Shown here: positions 1 through 13,213 of the stretch, in pieces | Position numbering within the stretch: position 1 is the first letter of the stretch | How the letters are laid out: the number at the start of each line of letters is the position of its first letter | From: Octopus bimaculoides | Lineage: Eukaryota | Reading direction: 5' to 3' | Length of the DNA stretch: 64,000 nucleotides | NCBI RefSeq assembly: GCF_001194135.2 | Contig: NC_068996.1 | Span: 7,329,055-7,393,054 of the forward strand | Position numbers and translations under genes: made by a program | Notes under the pieces: generated by a model | Seen by the model: the letters and a program-made list of their open reading frames with translations, nothing else | Told to the model about the DNA's origin: nothing | Databases searched by the model: none

Positions 1-94
1 CCACCTTCCCCTTCCCCCTCCATCGTCAACACCCTCTCATAAGCTCATCCCACCACACCCCAACACACTCCTACTCTACCTTCCCACTCCACCC

Positions 95-210
95 CATCCA
101 ATTCAAAGACTTTCCGTATTCCTGAGCGTCATACTAATACATCCTTTTGTTATTTACACCACCTGTCCTCGTCTGTTGTTGTTTTTTCGTACATTCTCCC
201 ATATATATAT
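95..210. mobile_element. Short repeat fragment ending in (TA)n, resembling a Penelope-type terminal repeat
   Basis: tcaaagactttccgtattcctgagcgtcatactaatacatcc...attctcccatatata. Family assignment is from recall only. Confidence 0.3.
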
Positions 211-276
211 ATAGACCCATGCCAGCATGGAAAGTGGACATTAAATGATGATACACACACACATTCATACACACAC

Positions 277-497
277 GTTTGTGGGTGTGTCTTTGTGTCT
301 GTATTTGTCACACACCAGCACTTGACAACCAGTGTTGGTATGTTTACATTCCATTAGTGGTTTGGCAAAAGAGATCAATGAAATAAGTACCAAGCTTAAT
401 TAAAAAAAACTACTAGGGTCAATTCATTCAACTAAAAAAATTTTTCAATGCATTGCCCCGGCATGGCCACAGTCTAATGATTGAAATGAGTTAAAGA
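277..497 (+). mobile_element. SINE family A, 3' half, old
   Basis: Matches other family A copies. Confidence 0.6.
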
Positions 498-514
498 TAG
501 GATAAAAGAGAGTA

Positions 515-690
515 TATAGTGTAAACATGTAGTGTAAACATTTGAACATCATCACTATCCTTCCAGATCCTGTTACGTTTCTCATAGAATTTTTGGTCCT
601 CTAAGGTTGTCTTGGCATTTAAGTCAACCTATCTTTTTTTGGCTCTAAATTTTGGTCTGTAAAGTTTGACTTGTATGCTGGAAAATTTAT
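515..690. mobile_element. Old MITE-like repeat, probably Tc1/pogo type (also at about 9880-10090 and 24025-24205)
   Basis: Three diverged copies share tagtgtaaacat..ttgtcttggtat..gacttgtatgctggaaaa. Confidence 0.45.
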
Positions 691-1394
691 TTCTTTTTAA
701 AGATGTAGCATGAGGAAAGTTGGTTACTATTTTTGGTAGATTGAGAAGCACAGAGGGGCTCCCCCATTGATTTTTCATAGACATGGAAAAAAAAAAAGAT
801 GAGTTGCTGAATGAAGAATAGAACTGTAAGGATATGTTACAGATCACTGTCCAAATATTGGAATTTTCCAGATGTATTTATCTAAGTCCAGAAATAGCAG
901 CTGTCCAAAACTGTTTGAATTATTTAGCAAGATGTGGTCATAAAAACAAAGTTTATCAATGCATTTCTAAAATAAACTTCAGAAAGATTATGATGCTTAA
1001 TCCAGATATCAAATTGTCTGGTTATAGATATGAAAAAAATCCAATAGCTGAGTGAGTGAAGTATACAGTTAATTTAATGTTAAGATACTTAATGCTATGA
1101 ACATCAAAAATTCTAATTAAAAACACTTGTATGGTGAAAGAAAGACAATATTTAGCCCAATGACTCATTTTATTTTAATCACTTTCCAGCAAGGATGGGA
1201 GGTAACTTCAGACATGATTTCGCCTCATTAGTGGATGTGTTGTTTTCTTGTTTTGACATTGATAGTTTCAATTGTTTACAACTAATACACATACATTATA
1301 CATGTGGGGGCAGTCATTTCTAACATTCTGTGAACACATCTGACCATGAGGAAATATTGCCTTCCTTGTAAAAGTGGAGGAAGTGGAGGTTATA

Positions 1395-1745
1395 TACTCT
1401 TTTACTCTTTCACTTGTTTCAGTCATTTGACTGTGGCCATGCTGGAGCACCGCCTTTAGTCGAGCAAATCGACCCCAGGACTTATTCTTTGTAAGTTACA
1501 GGGACGTAAACACACCAGCATCAGTTGTCAAGCGATGTTAGGGGGGACAAACATATATATATATATATACACATATATATGATGGGCTTCTTTCAGTTTC
1601 TGTCTACCAAATCCACTCACAAGACTTTGGTCGGCTTGAGGCTATAGTAGAAGACACTTGCCCAAGGTGCCACGCAGTGGGACTGAACCCAGAACCATGT
1701 GGTTTGTAAGCAAGCTACTTACCATACACCCACTCCTATGCCTAT
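1395..1745 (-). mobile_element. SINE family A (tRNA head, CORE-like region, internal TA/TG tract, gtaaaaga tail)
   Basis: A box tggctgtgtggt-like, B box ggttcagtccc, ccttgggcaagtgtct CORE-like segment. Confidence 0.85.
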
Positions 1746-2621
1746 ATATATATATATATATATATATATAATCTCCGTACCTGTATTTATAAATCGGTGT
1801 TGATTACGTTGTGTTACTTCATTTACCACAAATTAGGAGTTCAACAAGTAGTGATCAATAAAATCAGTACGTGCCAGGCTGTAATATGAATTGGGATCAA
1901 TGTCATCAAGTGCAATCTTTTGAAGGCAGTGCCATAGCATGGCCATAGTGCAATTACTGAAATTATTCAAAGAATATTCCATTTGAAGGTTCTAACTATT
2001 AATTGGAAGAGGTGGTTCTCATGTATTTGCTATTTATTTTTTTCTTTTAATTTTCAATTTTTTTTTTTTCCCCTACAATTTGGATATTTTGCTAGTATGC
2101 AAAGTAGAGAACAATTGATTAAATATAAAACGCAGTAAAAGAGTTTAGCAGATATAGAATGATGTGATGTATTTTGTGCAAAAGTGAAAGAAATCAATAG
2201 TGCATAAGATTTAATTTGATATATTGCGAAAAGTCTGATATGTAATTTCCTATTTCGAAGTAGCAACTCTGCATTAACTAACATCAGGTTATACTTTCAC
2301 AAGACTTAGATTCCTTATTGTTCCAGTTATATACTTGTTAAAATTCCATATGTCATCATCATTTAATGTCTGTTGCCCATACTGGCACGGGTTGGACTGT
2401 TTGACCAAAGCTGGGGAGCTGCAGCAGACTTCAGTCTGATTTGGCATGCTTCCTATGGAAGGATGCCTTTCCTAATGCCAACCACTTTACAGAGTATTTT
2501 TTATGTGGCACTGCTCTGGCACTTTTACATGACATCACACACACACACACACACACATATATATTGTGAATTAAAAAACAGCTCTAGTTATGCAAATATT
2601 ATCAGTTGCACATACATACTC

Positions 2622-2972
2622 TACTCTTTTACTTGTTTCAGTCATTTGACTACGGCCATGCCAGAGCACCGCCTTTAGTCGAACAAATCGACCCCAGGAC
2701 TTATTCTTTGTAAGCCTAGTACTTATTCTATCGGTCTCTTTTGCTGAACCGCTAGTGACAGGGACATAAACACACCAGCATCGGTTGTCAAANNNNNNNN
2801 NNNNNNNNNNNNNNNNNNNNNNNNNNNNNNNNNNNNNNNNNNNNNNNNNNNNNNNNNNNNNNNNNNNNNNNNNNNNNNNNNNNNNNNNNNNNNNNNNNNN
2901 NNNNNNNNNNNNNNNNNNNNNNNNNNNNNNNNNNNNNNNNNNNNNNNNNNNNNNNNNNNNNNNNNNNNNNNA

Positions 2973-3053
<81 letters not shown>

Positions 3054-3196
3054 GGCTTCTTTCAATTTCCATCTACCAAATCCACTCACAACGCTATAGT
3101 AGAAGACACTTGCCTTAAGTGCCACGCAGTGGGGCTGAACCCGGAACCATGTGGTTGGTAAGCCAGCTACTTACCACACAGCTATTCCTGCGCCTA
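2622..3196 (-). mobile_element. SINE family A (spans a gap)
   Basis: As other copies. Confidence 0.85.
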
Positions 3197-3246
3197 AAAG
3201 ACAGAGTGGTCATAATTCACATAGTGTATGTATTTTGTTGAAACAG

Positions 3247-3315
3247 GATAGCATCCAGAGGAAAGGTCCTTTACATGATACTGAGTGTTACAGAATGCTA
3301 AGTGTCCCAGAGCAG
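3247..3315 (+). CDS. Candidate 69-nt exon, phase 0-0 (DSIQRKGPLHDTECYRMLSVPEQ)
   Basis: Acceptor tattttgttgaaacag, strong donor CAG|gtaaga, only frame 0 is open. Confidence 0.35.
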
Positions 3316-4257
3316 GTAAGACAACTTGTGCCAAAGTGATTGAGAATGATAGATACCGATATTTCACCATTAATGTGGCTTATCAATACAATGTACTTGG
3401 AAACGCATATACAATGCATGAGTGACCGATTACTCTGTACTTGCCTAATGCTTCATCCAGAAGAATACATATTTGAGTTCTACTCTAGGTTATTAGTATC
3501 ACAATATCTAAGTGAAATGTATGTGTGTGTATAGAGTGACTATATGGTAATTTGTCTTAATGAATTATAGAGAAAGTATGGAGAATCTGAAGAAATTAAT
3601 TATGGTCTAAACTGAATATTGTTTCTAATTCGGGCACTCAGCCAGCAGTTTTTAATGGGGAATGGTTAGTTAATTGCATCAACTGCAATTTTTGACTGCC
3701 TTTCATCTCACGGGGATTAATAAAATAAAGTAGCAAAGTTGACCTTGGCAAAATTTGAACTTGGAGTATAGAGTGCCAGAATGAATAATGCAGGTCTAAC
3801 GTTTTGGGACAGAACATTTCATTTGGAAATGTAAAATGCCAACTGATGCTGAAAGATATATAAGTAGCCCCAATCTATTTATCCTGCAACACCAATTGGC
3901 ATTTCATTCCTCTAACCCTCACTCTATCTCTTTCTGTGACAAAAGGTTCTTTCTGAAATGTTATACTTTTTATCTTCCTTTGGCATAACATTTATTCAAT
4001 TGTTACAAAGAATTTGCTTATTTATTTATTCATTTAATTTTTGAGAATAAATGTCTGTTTATGACACTGGATAGACAAGAGTTCATATACTTTCATTATT
4101 GCTGTCTGTATCACTGGCTAGTCCCCAGGTCAATTATGACCACTCTGTCTTTTATTTGCATACAACGTAAGGGCATCCAACTGCAGAGATTAAGCCAAAA
4201 TTTAAAATGTACGGGTGCAATGTGGTTTTCCAACCCATTCAGAAGCATAGTACTAAC

Positions 4258-5550
4258 CATAGACGTAGTTGATAGCTTCCGCTATCTGGGTGACCAAGTT
4301 AGTAGTGGGGGTGGGTGCGCTGAAAGTGTAGCTGCTAGAATAAGAATAGCCTGGGCAAAGTTCAGAGAGCTCTTACCTCTGCTGGCGACAAAGGGCCTCT
4401 CACTCAGAGTAAAAGGCAGACTCTATGACGCATGTGTATGAACAGCCATGCTACATGGCAGTGAAACATGGGCCGTGACTGCTGAGGACATGCGTAAGCT
4501 CGCAAGGAATGAAGCCAGTATGCTCCGATGGATGTGTAATGTCAGTGTGCATACCCGACAGAGTGTAAGTATCTTGAGAGAAAAGTTGAACATAAGANNN
4601 NNNNNNNNNNNNNNNNNNNNNNNNNNNNNNNNNNNNNNNNNNNNNNNNNNNNNNNNNNNNNNNNNNNNNNNNNNNNNNNNNNNNNNNNNNNNNNNNNNNN
4701 NNNNNNNNNNNNNNNNNNNNNNNNNNNNNNNNNNNNNNNNNNNNNNNNNNNNNNNNNNNNNNNNNNNNNNNNNNNNNNNNNNNNNNNNNNNNNNNNNNNN
4801 NNNNNNNNNNNNNNNNNNNNNNNNTTAGGCCTCACCAAGGCAATGACCTGTGACCAAGACCTTTGGAAATATGCTGTGTGTGAGAAGACCTGGCAAGCCA
4901 AGTGAGACCAAAATCCAAGGCCTCCGGCAGCCCACTTTTACGTACCTTCCTTCATTGGACACTAAACTCTGCTTGCGAAGACCTGTTGAGGCAAGTGAAA
5001 TCGAAATCGACCTAATTTTGTACACTGGCACCCATGCCAACATCTCTTCATTGAACACTAAACTCGGCCTGTGAAGACCTGTTGAGGCAAGCGAAAGCGA
5101 AATCGTGATGGCACCGTCCGAGCATGATCGTTGCCAGAGCACCAGCTGTCTGGCTTCCATGCTGGTGGCACGTAAATAGCACCAACGTGATCATTATCAA
5201 CGTCGCCTTCCTGGCACTTGTGCTAGTGGCACGTGAAAAGACATTCGAGCAAGTTCGTTGCCAGTACCATTGGACTGGCCCCTGTGCAGGTGGCACATAA
5301 AATACACCATTTCGAGCGTGGCCGTTGCCAGCACCTCCTGACTGGACTTCATGCCGGTGGCACGTAAAAGCACCCACTACACTCTCTGAGTGGTTGGCGT
5401 TAGGAAGGGCATCCAGCTGTAGAAACTCTGCCAAATGTCAAATCAGATTGGAGCCTGGTGTAGCCATCTGGTTTCACCAGTCCTTAGTCAAATCGTTCAA
5501 CCCATGCTAGCATGGAGCGAATGTTAAACAATGATGATGATGATGATGAT
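4258..5550 (+). mobile_element. 5'-truncated RTE-clade LINE: ORF2 C-terminus (pseudogenised), structured 3' UTR, (GAT)n tail
   Basis: VVDSFRYLGDQV..RIRIAWAKFRELLPLL..RLYDACV*TAMLHGSETW..EASMLRWMC; ORF end (..YAVCEKTWQAK*) at 4905; in-frame stop at 4439-4441; gap 4598-4824. Confidence 0.9.
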
Positions 5551-5571
5551 ATATATATATATATTCTCTCG

Positions 5572-5786
5572 TACTCTTTTACATGTTTCAGTCATTTGAC
5601 TGTTGCCATGTTGGAGCACTGTCTTGAAGGGTTTTAGAGGAAAAAAAACTACCCCAGGACTTATTCTTTGTAAGCCTAGTACTTATTGTAGCAGTCTCTT
5701 TTGCCAAACTGCTAAGTTACGGGGACATTAACACACCAACATCAGTTGTCAAGTGATGGTGGTGGGGACAAAGACACACACACACA

Positions 5787-5840
<54 letters not shown>

Positions 5841-6185
5841 CATACACACAATGGGCTTCTTTCAGTTTCCATCTACCAAATCTACTCACAAGGCTTTGGT
5901 CGGCCAGAGGCTATAGTTGAAGAGACTAGCCCAAGGTGCCACGTTGTGGAACTGAATCCAGAGCCATGTGGTTGGGGAGCAAACTTCTTACCACACAGCC
6001 ACGTTTCTGCATATATATATATGCCAGGCTTTTTTTTCAGTTTCCAGCTACAAAATCCACCCGCAATGTTTTGGTCACCCAGAGCTATAATAGAAGACAT
6101 TTGCCCAAAGTACCATACAGCAGGACAGCCCAAAGTTACATGGTTGGGAACCAGGCTTCTCAATCACACAGCCACAAATGTGCCT
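5572..6185 (-). mobile_element. SINE family A plus an extra older 5' half (6025-6185)
   Basis: As other copies. Confidence 0.8.
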
Positions 6186-6249
6186 ATTTGTAAAACTGTA
6201 GATTCTATGCTTGAAGTTGTCTCAGCTTATTTCTGATGAATATTCTTTT

Positions 6250-6397
6250 CTATTCTAGGCACAAGGCCTGGGATTTGGTGGGAGGGGTCCAGTCGATTAG
6301 ATCAACCCCAGTGCGCAAATGGTCCTTAATTTATTGACCCCGAAAGGATGAAAGGCAAAATCAACCTCGGCAGAATTTGAACTCAGAATGTTTTTAC
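6250..6397 (-). mobile_element. SINE family B, partial
   Basis: Reverse complement of gagttcaaattc..gcctttcatcctttcggggtc.. Confidence 0.8.
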
Positions 6398-6619
6398 GTA
6401 TTTAAATAATTTCTTTGTTAGAGAATAGAAATGGACTTTAATATTTGATATCAAAGTATAATGACTGATTTTTCAGTTATGCAAAAATAGTAGCTTTTAT
6501 TGGCGAATGTCTAACAAAACAAGATAATATAAACATATTTTAACATATCTTACTGACCAAATAAATTCTTTCCCATGTTTGTTTTTATTGCACTAATACT
6601 ATAAAATAAGATTCCCAGC

Positions 6620-6923
6620 TTCGCCTTACTGGCACTTGTGCCAGTGGCATGTGAGCAAAACATTGGACTGATCCCTGTGCAGGTGGCACATAAAAAGACA
6701 CCATTTGAGCGTGGCCATTGCCAGTACCGTCGGACTGGCCCTCGTGCCGGTGGCACGTAAAAAGCACCCACTTGGAGTAGTTGGTGTTAGGAAGGGCATC
6801 CAGCTGTAGAAACTCTGCCAGATCAGATTGAAATCTGGTGCAGCCATCTGGTTCACCAGTCCCCAGTCAAATCATCCGACCCATGCTAGCATGGAAAGCG
6901 GACATTAAATGATGATGATGATG
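6620..6923 (+). mobile_element. RTE 3'-UTR-derived element (family C)
   Basis: Matches the LINE 3' UTR at about 5200-5550; (GAT)n tail. A short copy also lies at 9125-9267. Confidence 0.85.
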
Positions 6924-7880
6924 AAGGTTTGTTGTTAAAGCAAAACTTTGGATCTTTAAAACTGAAACTGCTCATTTAAAATCCAGTGACTCTCCCTGTG
7001 GTTATTGGTGATATTGACCTGTGTTTGTAAGTGTTTTGCTACAAGTCTCCACTGTTCTTCATTGAAATCTAAGATTCTGAGTGATTGCCTTAATTGGCGC
7101 TACCTCTGTGACTGTTGACATTTAATGGTCACCCCTACCACCACAGAATTTACTATCAAAAAAGTGTGTATTCCCACAGCTGGAGGTCGTCTGCAGAAAC
7201 CACATTTCCAACAAAACTACAATATGACCCACACACTGCTTCAGAAACTGATTAATGTTAAAGAATTGCATAAGTTTATTCCAGTGATCAATTTTGTTAC
7301 GTCAAATAAACTAGGGAATTATCTATAAGAACAACAACAATAATAATATGAATCTAAATTCTATTTATCCTAATGTCATATCTTATAGTTAACTCTTTTA
7401 CATTACTGTTACTATGGTTACACATTTGAAGAAAATGTATTCATTAGCTGTCTACAGTCTCTGGAATTGAGTGTTTCATTGCTGTTGTCATTCAATTTCA
7501 TTGTCGTCCTTACCATTTGGTCATCGTCATTGTTACTACCAATAATTTCTTTTACTTTATTGTTTTTTTTTTTTTTTGTTATATTTTAAAGGGAAATTAG
7601 AACTTTTGTGTATTCATTCCTTTCCCAATTCAGGATCATTTACATTTTGTAACTGTTGTCAGCTGACACTGGAAACTGAACAGTTTCGATTTTGACCTAG
7701 CCCTCCTCCCCGCCACTCACCTCTGCTACTTCTAGTAGAATTACCTTAACCCCCCCCCCTTGTGCAAAGCAATACCACCACTGCCATCACCCACCCCCCA
7801 TTAGCATCAGCAGCCATATTATAAGCAGTATAATCATCAGCTACATCATAACTAGCTTAGTCTTCATCATGTGAGCAATA

Positions 7881-8054
7881 TAGGCGTAGGAGTGGCTGTG
7901 TGGTCAGTAGCTTGCTTACCAACCTGGTTCAGTCCCACTGTGTGGCACCTTGGGCAAGTGTCTTCTACTATAGCCTCAGGCCAACCAAAGCCTTGTGAGT
8001 AGATTTGGTAAATGGAAACTTAAAGAAGCCCATCGTATATATGTATATATATAA

Positions 8055-8086
<32 letters not shown>

Positions 8087-8296
8087 TTGTGTGTCTGTGT
8101 TTGTCCCCCCAACATCGCTTGACAATCGATGCTGGTGTGTTTACGTCCCCATAACTTAGTGGTTCGGCAAAAGAGACCAATAGAATAAATACTAGGCTTC
8201 CAAAGAATAAGTCCTAGGGTCGATTTGCTCAACTAAAGGCGGTACTCCAGCATGGCCGCAGTCAAATGACTGAAACAAGTAAAAGAGTAAAAGAGT
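7881..8296 (+). mobile_element. SINE family A, full length
   Basis: As other copies. Confidence 0.9.
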
Positions 8297-8414
8297 AATA
8301 TCAGCACAACTACAATTGTCATCTATAATCATCATTACCACCGAAACCATCATCACAACCACCATGATCATCACCGTCATATGAACATCATTGTCAATAT
8401 ATGTGTCACCATTA

Positions 8415-8628
8415 AGAAGACGAGCTGTCAGAATCATTAGCATGCCAGGCAAAATGCTTAGCAGCATTTTGTCTGTCTTTATGTTCTAAGTTCAAATTCT
8501 ACCAAGGTTGACTTTGCCTTTCATCCTTTCGGGGTTGATGAAATAAGCACACATAATGTACTGATGATGATATAATCATCTATCCCCCCTCCCTCAAAAT
8601 TTTAGGACTTCTGCCTATATTACAAAGG

Positions 8629-8660
<32 letters not shown>
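8415..8660 (+). mobile_element. SINE family B with (ATT)n tail
   Basis: tggcagaatcgttagc-like head, gagttcaaattc B-box-like motif, gcctttcatcctttcggggt domain. Confidence 0.85.
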
Positions 8661-8661
<1 letters not shown>

Positions 8662-8664
<3 letters not shown>

Positions 8665-9084
8665 TAGTTTTATTTTTATAATGTGCTTTCACTTCACTAC
8701 CGAGCGCAGCTCTGTGCGCCTTGGGTATGTGCTGTGGTTTGCTGTGATGCTCTTATGGTTACTGTATTGAAAGTGTTTTGCGTAGGATGTGTGCAGTGCC
8801 CAGTAGTGCAATTTTCTGTATGTTATATATATTTGTAAGTCCTGGTGTTTTTGTTATGTATTTGTCTGAATATTTTTTTATTATACCTAAGGCCCCTACT
8901 ATGATAGGAATTGTTTCTGTTTTTAGATTCCACATTCGAGTTACCTCTATTTCCAGTTCTTTGTATTTTGAAAGTTTTTTCATTTCTTTTAGGGAAATGT
9001 TGTCATCTGCTGGTATTGATACATTTTTTTCCTTCATGATCTTTGACACCTATATCTGGCCTATTGGCCTTAATTTCTCTATCA

Positions 9085-9085
<1 letters not shown>
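8662..9085 (-). mobile_element. 5'-truncated R4/Dong-type non-LTR element (REL endonuclease C-terminus) flanked on both sides by (TAA)n
   Basis: ANRPDI..VSIPADDNISLKE..KLSKYKELEIEVTRMW..IPIIVGALG..IQKIALLGTAHILRKTL*, a restriction-like endonuclease signature. Confidence 0.85.
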
Positions 9086-9125
<40 letters not shown>

Positions 9126-9295
9126 GGAAGGGCATCCAGCTGTAGAAACTCTGCCAAATTAGATTGGAGCCTGGTGTTGCCATCCGGTTTCACCAGTCAT
9201 CAGTCAAATCGTCCAACCCATGCCAGCATGGAAAGCAGACGTTAAACGATGATGATGATGATGATGATATTATTATTATTATTATTATTATTATT

Positions 9296-9710
9296 AAGGT
9301 GACAGTCTGGCAGAGTCGTTAGCACACCAGGCAAATTGCTAAGTGGCATTTCATCCATCTGCACGATATGAGCTCAAATTCCCCTGAGGTCGGAATCCTT
9401 TTTGAGATCATGTAATTGATTTACCCACTCTCCTGGAATTGCTGGCCTTGTGCCAAAATTTGAAACCATGATTATTGTTATTAAGACAGCAACCTGATGG
9501 AACCGTTAGCACACCAGACAACATACTAAGCAGCATTTTGTCCATCTTTACATTCTAGGTTCAAATTCCAGAGAGGTCGACTTCACCCTTTGTCCTTTCA
9601 TGGCCAATAAAATATGTACCATTTGAGCACTGGGATGAATGTAATTGACTTACCTCCTCCCCCGGACTTGCTGGCCTTGTGCTTAAATTTGAAACCATTA
9701 TATTCATCAT
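9296..9710 (+). mobile_element. Two tandem SINE family B copies
   Basis: Head-to-tail through (ATT)n. Confidence 0.8.
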
Positions 9711-11209
9711 ATTTGTCATAATTAATACTATATTAACACCTCAGCATTAATCAACATCATCATCACATTATCAAAAGATCAATACTGCTATGATGTAACA
9801 TCGGATAAATATGCATCTGTCTCTGGTAAATATCCGGGTGATAGTGAACATATAATCATGTGACTGCATTTCCTTCATATTGTATTTCCTGGCACACAAG
9901 TCAACATAGTATTCAGTGTAAACATTTAGTGCAAAAACTCAAGCATCATCACTGTCTTTCCAAATCCTACTGCATTTCACTTGGGATTTTTGGTCCTCCA
10001 AAGTAGTCTTGGTATAAAAGTCAATCTATCTTTTCTGATTGTAAATTTAGGTCTGAAAAATTTGACTTGTTATATTAGAAAATACACGTGTTTTTGTTCT
10101 TGTTGTTGCCATGACTGCTATAGTCATTGAGCTTTGTGTTAGCAGACTGGTTTATCAAAGCCTTTCCAATTGTGACCATCGAATATTTATTTTTTTTTAG
10201 CAGGTATGCAGGATTACATTATCTAAAGTTATGTGTGATGGTATAGGAAATGTTTTCAAGACCACCTTCATCATCATCATTTAACATCTTCCTTACATGC
10301 TGGCATGGGTTGGAAGGTTTGACAGGAGTTGGCCAGGCAGAAAACTGCAACAAACTTCTGTGTCTGTTTTGGCAATGTTTTTTTTTTTGCAGTTGGATGC
10401 CCTTCCTAACACCAACTACCCAGCAGAGTGGACACAATAGTAAACATCAAGTCACAACTAATATACTTAATGTAGTGAGCCTAGTAAATTAAGATTATAC
10501 CCCTAGTGAGGAAAAACTCATCAGCATAGTAATTAATTCTGGTCAAGTATAGCAGGGGAGATAACACAATATGCCCATTATCTACTGTATCCTTTCCTTG
10601 CAGTTGCATTGTTTGCAGGAAGTTTTGGCTGCTATTTCTAGCTAGGTAAACAACTCTGTAGAGCTTCTCTGTATTGTCGTTGTTGTTGATGTTGTTCCTG
10701 TTACAATTTGTCAGTGTTTGTAAGTTAAACGAACAGTGTACTGCTTGTGTCAAACATGTTTTGCTTTTTTCATCATAATCGTTATCATCATCATCATCAT
10801 CAGAACCATTGTGCTTTGTAACCTTTTGCAAATAAAGCCAACTCCTACCCCTATCCAATCCCCCACCCTGTTAACAAAGAGCCATTTCTTCTGGACCAAA
10901 AGGAAGACAGAAAGAAAATAAACATGCTTCGCTTATTATTTATGTCATCAGGCTACATAGCTTATATTGAGATAAGGTCATTTATTTCAAATCCACTACA
11001 GGTATCTTATTGTGTGGTAGTACAGTACATCTAATACCTAATCGTTTGTACTTCAGTTGAAGTTATATGTAATAATCCACTCCAAGTATGCTTTCAAGGC
11101 CACATGCAGCTTTTGAGGCCATCTGGTATGACCTTCTGGAAGTTCTGGATTTTATAAAAATCATACTTAAGGAAAGGTGTATATATTTTATCCATTGTTT
11201 CTTATGTTT

Positions 11210-11530
11210 TCTTTGTTTCAGTCTTTAGACTATGGCCATGCTGGTGCACTACATTGAAGCACTTTTTATTGAACGAATCAATCCCAGTGATTTTTTTTTG
11301 TTAAGCCTGGAGCTTAGTCTATCAATCTGTTTTTGCCAAATTGCTAAGTCATGGTGATATAAACACACCGACACCGGTTGTCAAGCAGTGGTGGAGAACA
11401 CACACACACACACACATATATATGACGGGCTTCTTTCAGTTTCCATCTACTTACTGAAGGTGCCACACAATGGATCTGAACCTGAAACCATGTGGTTGGG
11501 AAGAAAGCTTCTCAACCACATGGCCATACC
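11210..11530 (-). mobile_element. SINE family A, old and deleted
   Basis: As other copies. Confidence 0.7.
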
Positions 11531-13037
11531 TTTTTATATGTCGCAAATAAATTATTAGAGTATAGGATCAAATACCCTGTGATATTTGTTCTGGCGTGTA
11601 TGATCTGAGTTCAAATCCTACCAAGCACAACTTGGCCTTTCATCCTTTCAGAGTTGATGAAATAAAGTACCATTCCAAAATTTTGAGTTGAAAGAATTCT
11701 TAGTATCAGATGAGATGCCTTGCAATGTTTCAGAATAACTTCCATCCTTCTTCCCACCAGTTTGGAATGTTATGTAAAAAATACAGGACAATGGGCACTG
11801 CCCTTCCTTTTCCAGCAATAAAAAAGCACCACCGCCTGGTTATTTGGTTATTGGGAGCCTTTAGCAAAATTTACTGTTACATGCATTCAAGTAATATCTC
11901 TGGCTTCAGGAGAACTTTCTCCCTTCCTCAGAAGCCCTAGAAAGTTACAGACCGATAGGCATTACCCTTCTTTCTCTTTCTAAGTCATAAAAACAATTTC
12001 AAATCTTGTCTCCTGTGGAGAAACTTTTTATACTTTTCTTCCAATTGAAAATTCATGTTTGTACTTATCTATTGGGTCACATGACTTATTTATTTATAGG
12101 GTCATATACTTATAGAGGGAAATATGGGGGCAATTGTAAATAAATAGTCCTTCCTATAAAGAGGGTCCTATAACTTATTGGCTTATTATAGACAACATAT
12201 TCACCTGAAAATAATGATCCATTATAGTTTGTAGTCATGTCCAACCCATTGAGAATGGAAAATCTGAAATAAAGGGACAACAAAAATCAGTCTGGAGCAG
12301 ATAGCAAAATACCCAGGTATGCCTCCTGCATAAAGAAACAAATGTATAAAAATACAATAAGTAGGTGCTAACATATTAATTAATGAAGTAAATCAAGAAA
12401 TCTTTAATTAAAATTGCAGCTCTGTGATGAGAATAAAAAAAATCCTTTTCTTTAATGATTAATTCTGGTTCTGAAAGACAGAAGAGGCAACCGTTCTTGA
12501 CCAAAATTAATCAAAATAACAATTGTTCTCATCATTAAGGATGTAATTTTAATTAATTAAAATTTATTGGCTTACTATTTCAAGTGTATTGGCAGCGATT
12601 TTACTAATTAGAAAGAAAAAGTGTTAACAGTTTATTTCTTAAAAGTTATAGAAGTGACACATTGTCTACCCATACGTAATTATTAGCTAGCGTGTTTGAT
12701 GCTTGCTAACAGAATAGCATTGAAGTAGATTGTCAAATGACAAGTAGAGAGACTGAATGTATGAGTAAAATGATGTACTGATTATCACATATCTCTGGCA
12801 TTTTACTTTCATTCTAGCTCTAATTCAGTATGTGGGATAGGATATATTTTCAAATAAAAGAAAATTAATATTTAACATCATTTTAATAGATAACCAATGT
12901 TGTATAATTAATAAAACTGTCATCGTTTTTGATAGCATGTTTACAGTAGTGTGCATAGTGTGTATATAATTAGCAATGAGATTAATGCTGTTTTTTAGCC
13001 CCAGGTCCAACTTGGTCAAGCATACCTAGAAATAATA

Positions 13038-13181
13038 GGTTTGGGCTGTAAGTAGTTTACTTCGCACCACAAGGTCTTGGGTTCAGTCCCACTGCATGGC
13101 ACCTTGAGCAAGTGTTTACTATAGCCCCAGGCTGACAAGCCTTATGAGTGGATATTATAGGTGGAAAATGAAAGAAACCTG

Positions 13182-13213
<32 letters not shown>

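Noticed and set aside
3286-3425. Walker A-like RAGKTT in an alternative frame
   Set aside because: It lacks the first G/A of GxxxxGKT, and the frame is short and stop-bounded.
5150-5400. CRISPR-like repeat array
   Set aside because: Units are diverged without unique spacers, lie in a LINE 3' UTR, and the DNA is eukaryotic with no cas genes.
12230-12325. Exon ending CAG|gtatgc
   Set aside because: No good acceptor gives an open frame, and the 5' part resembles an RTE-tail remnant.
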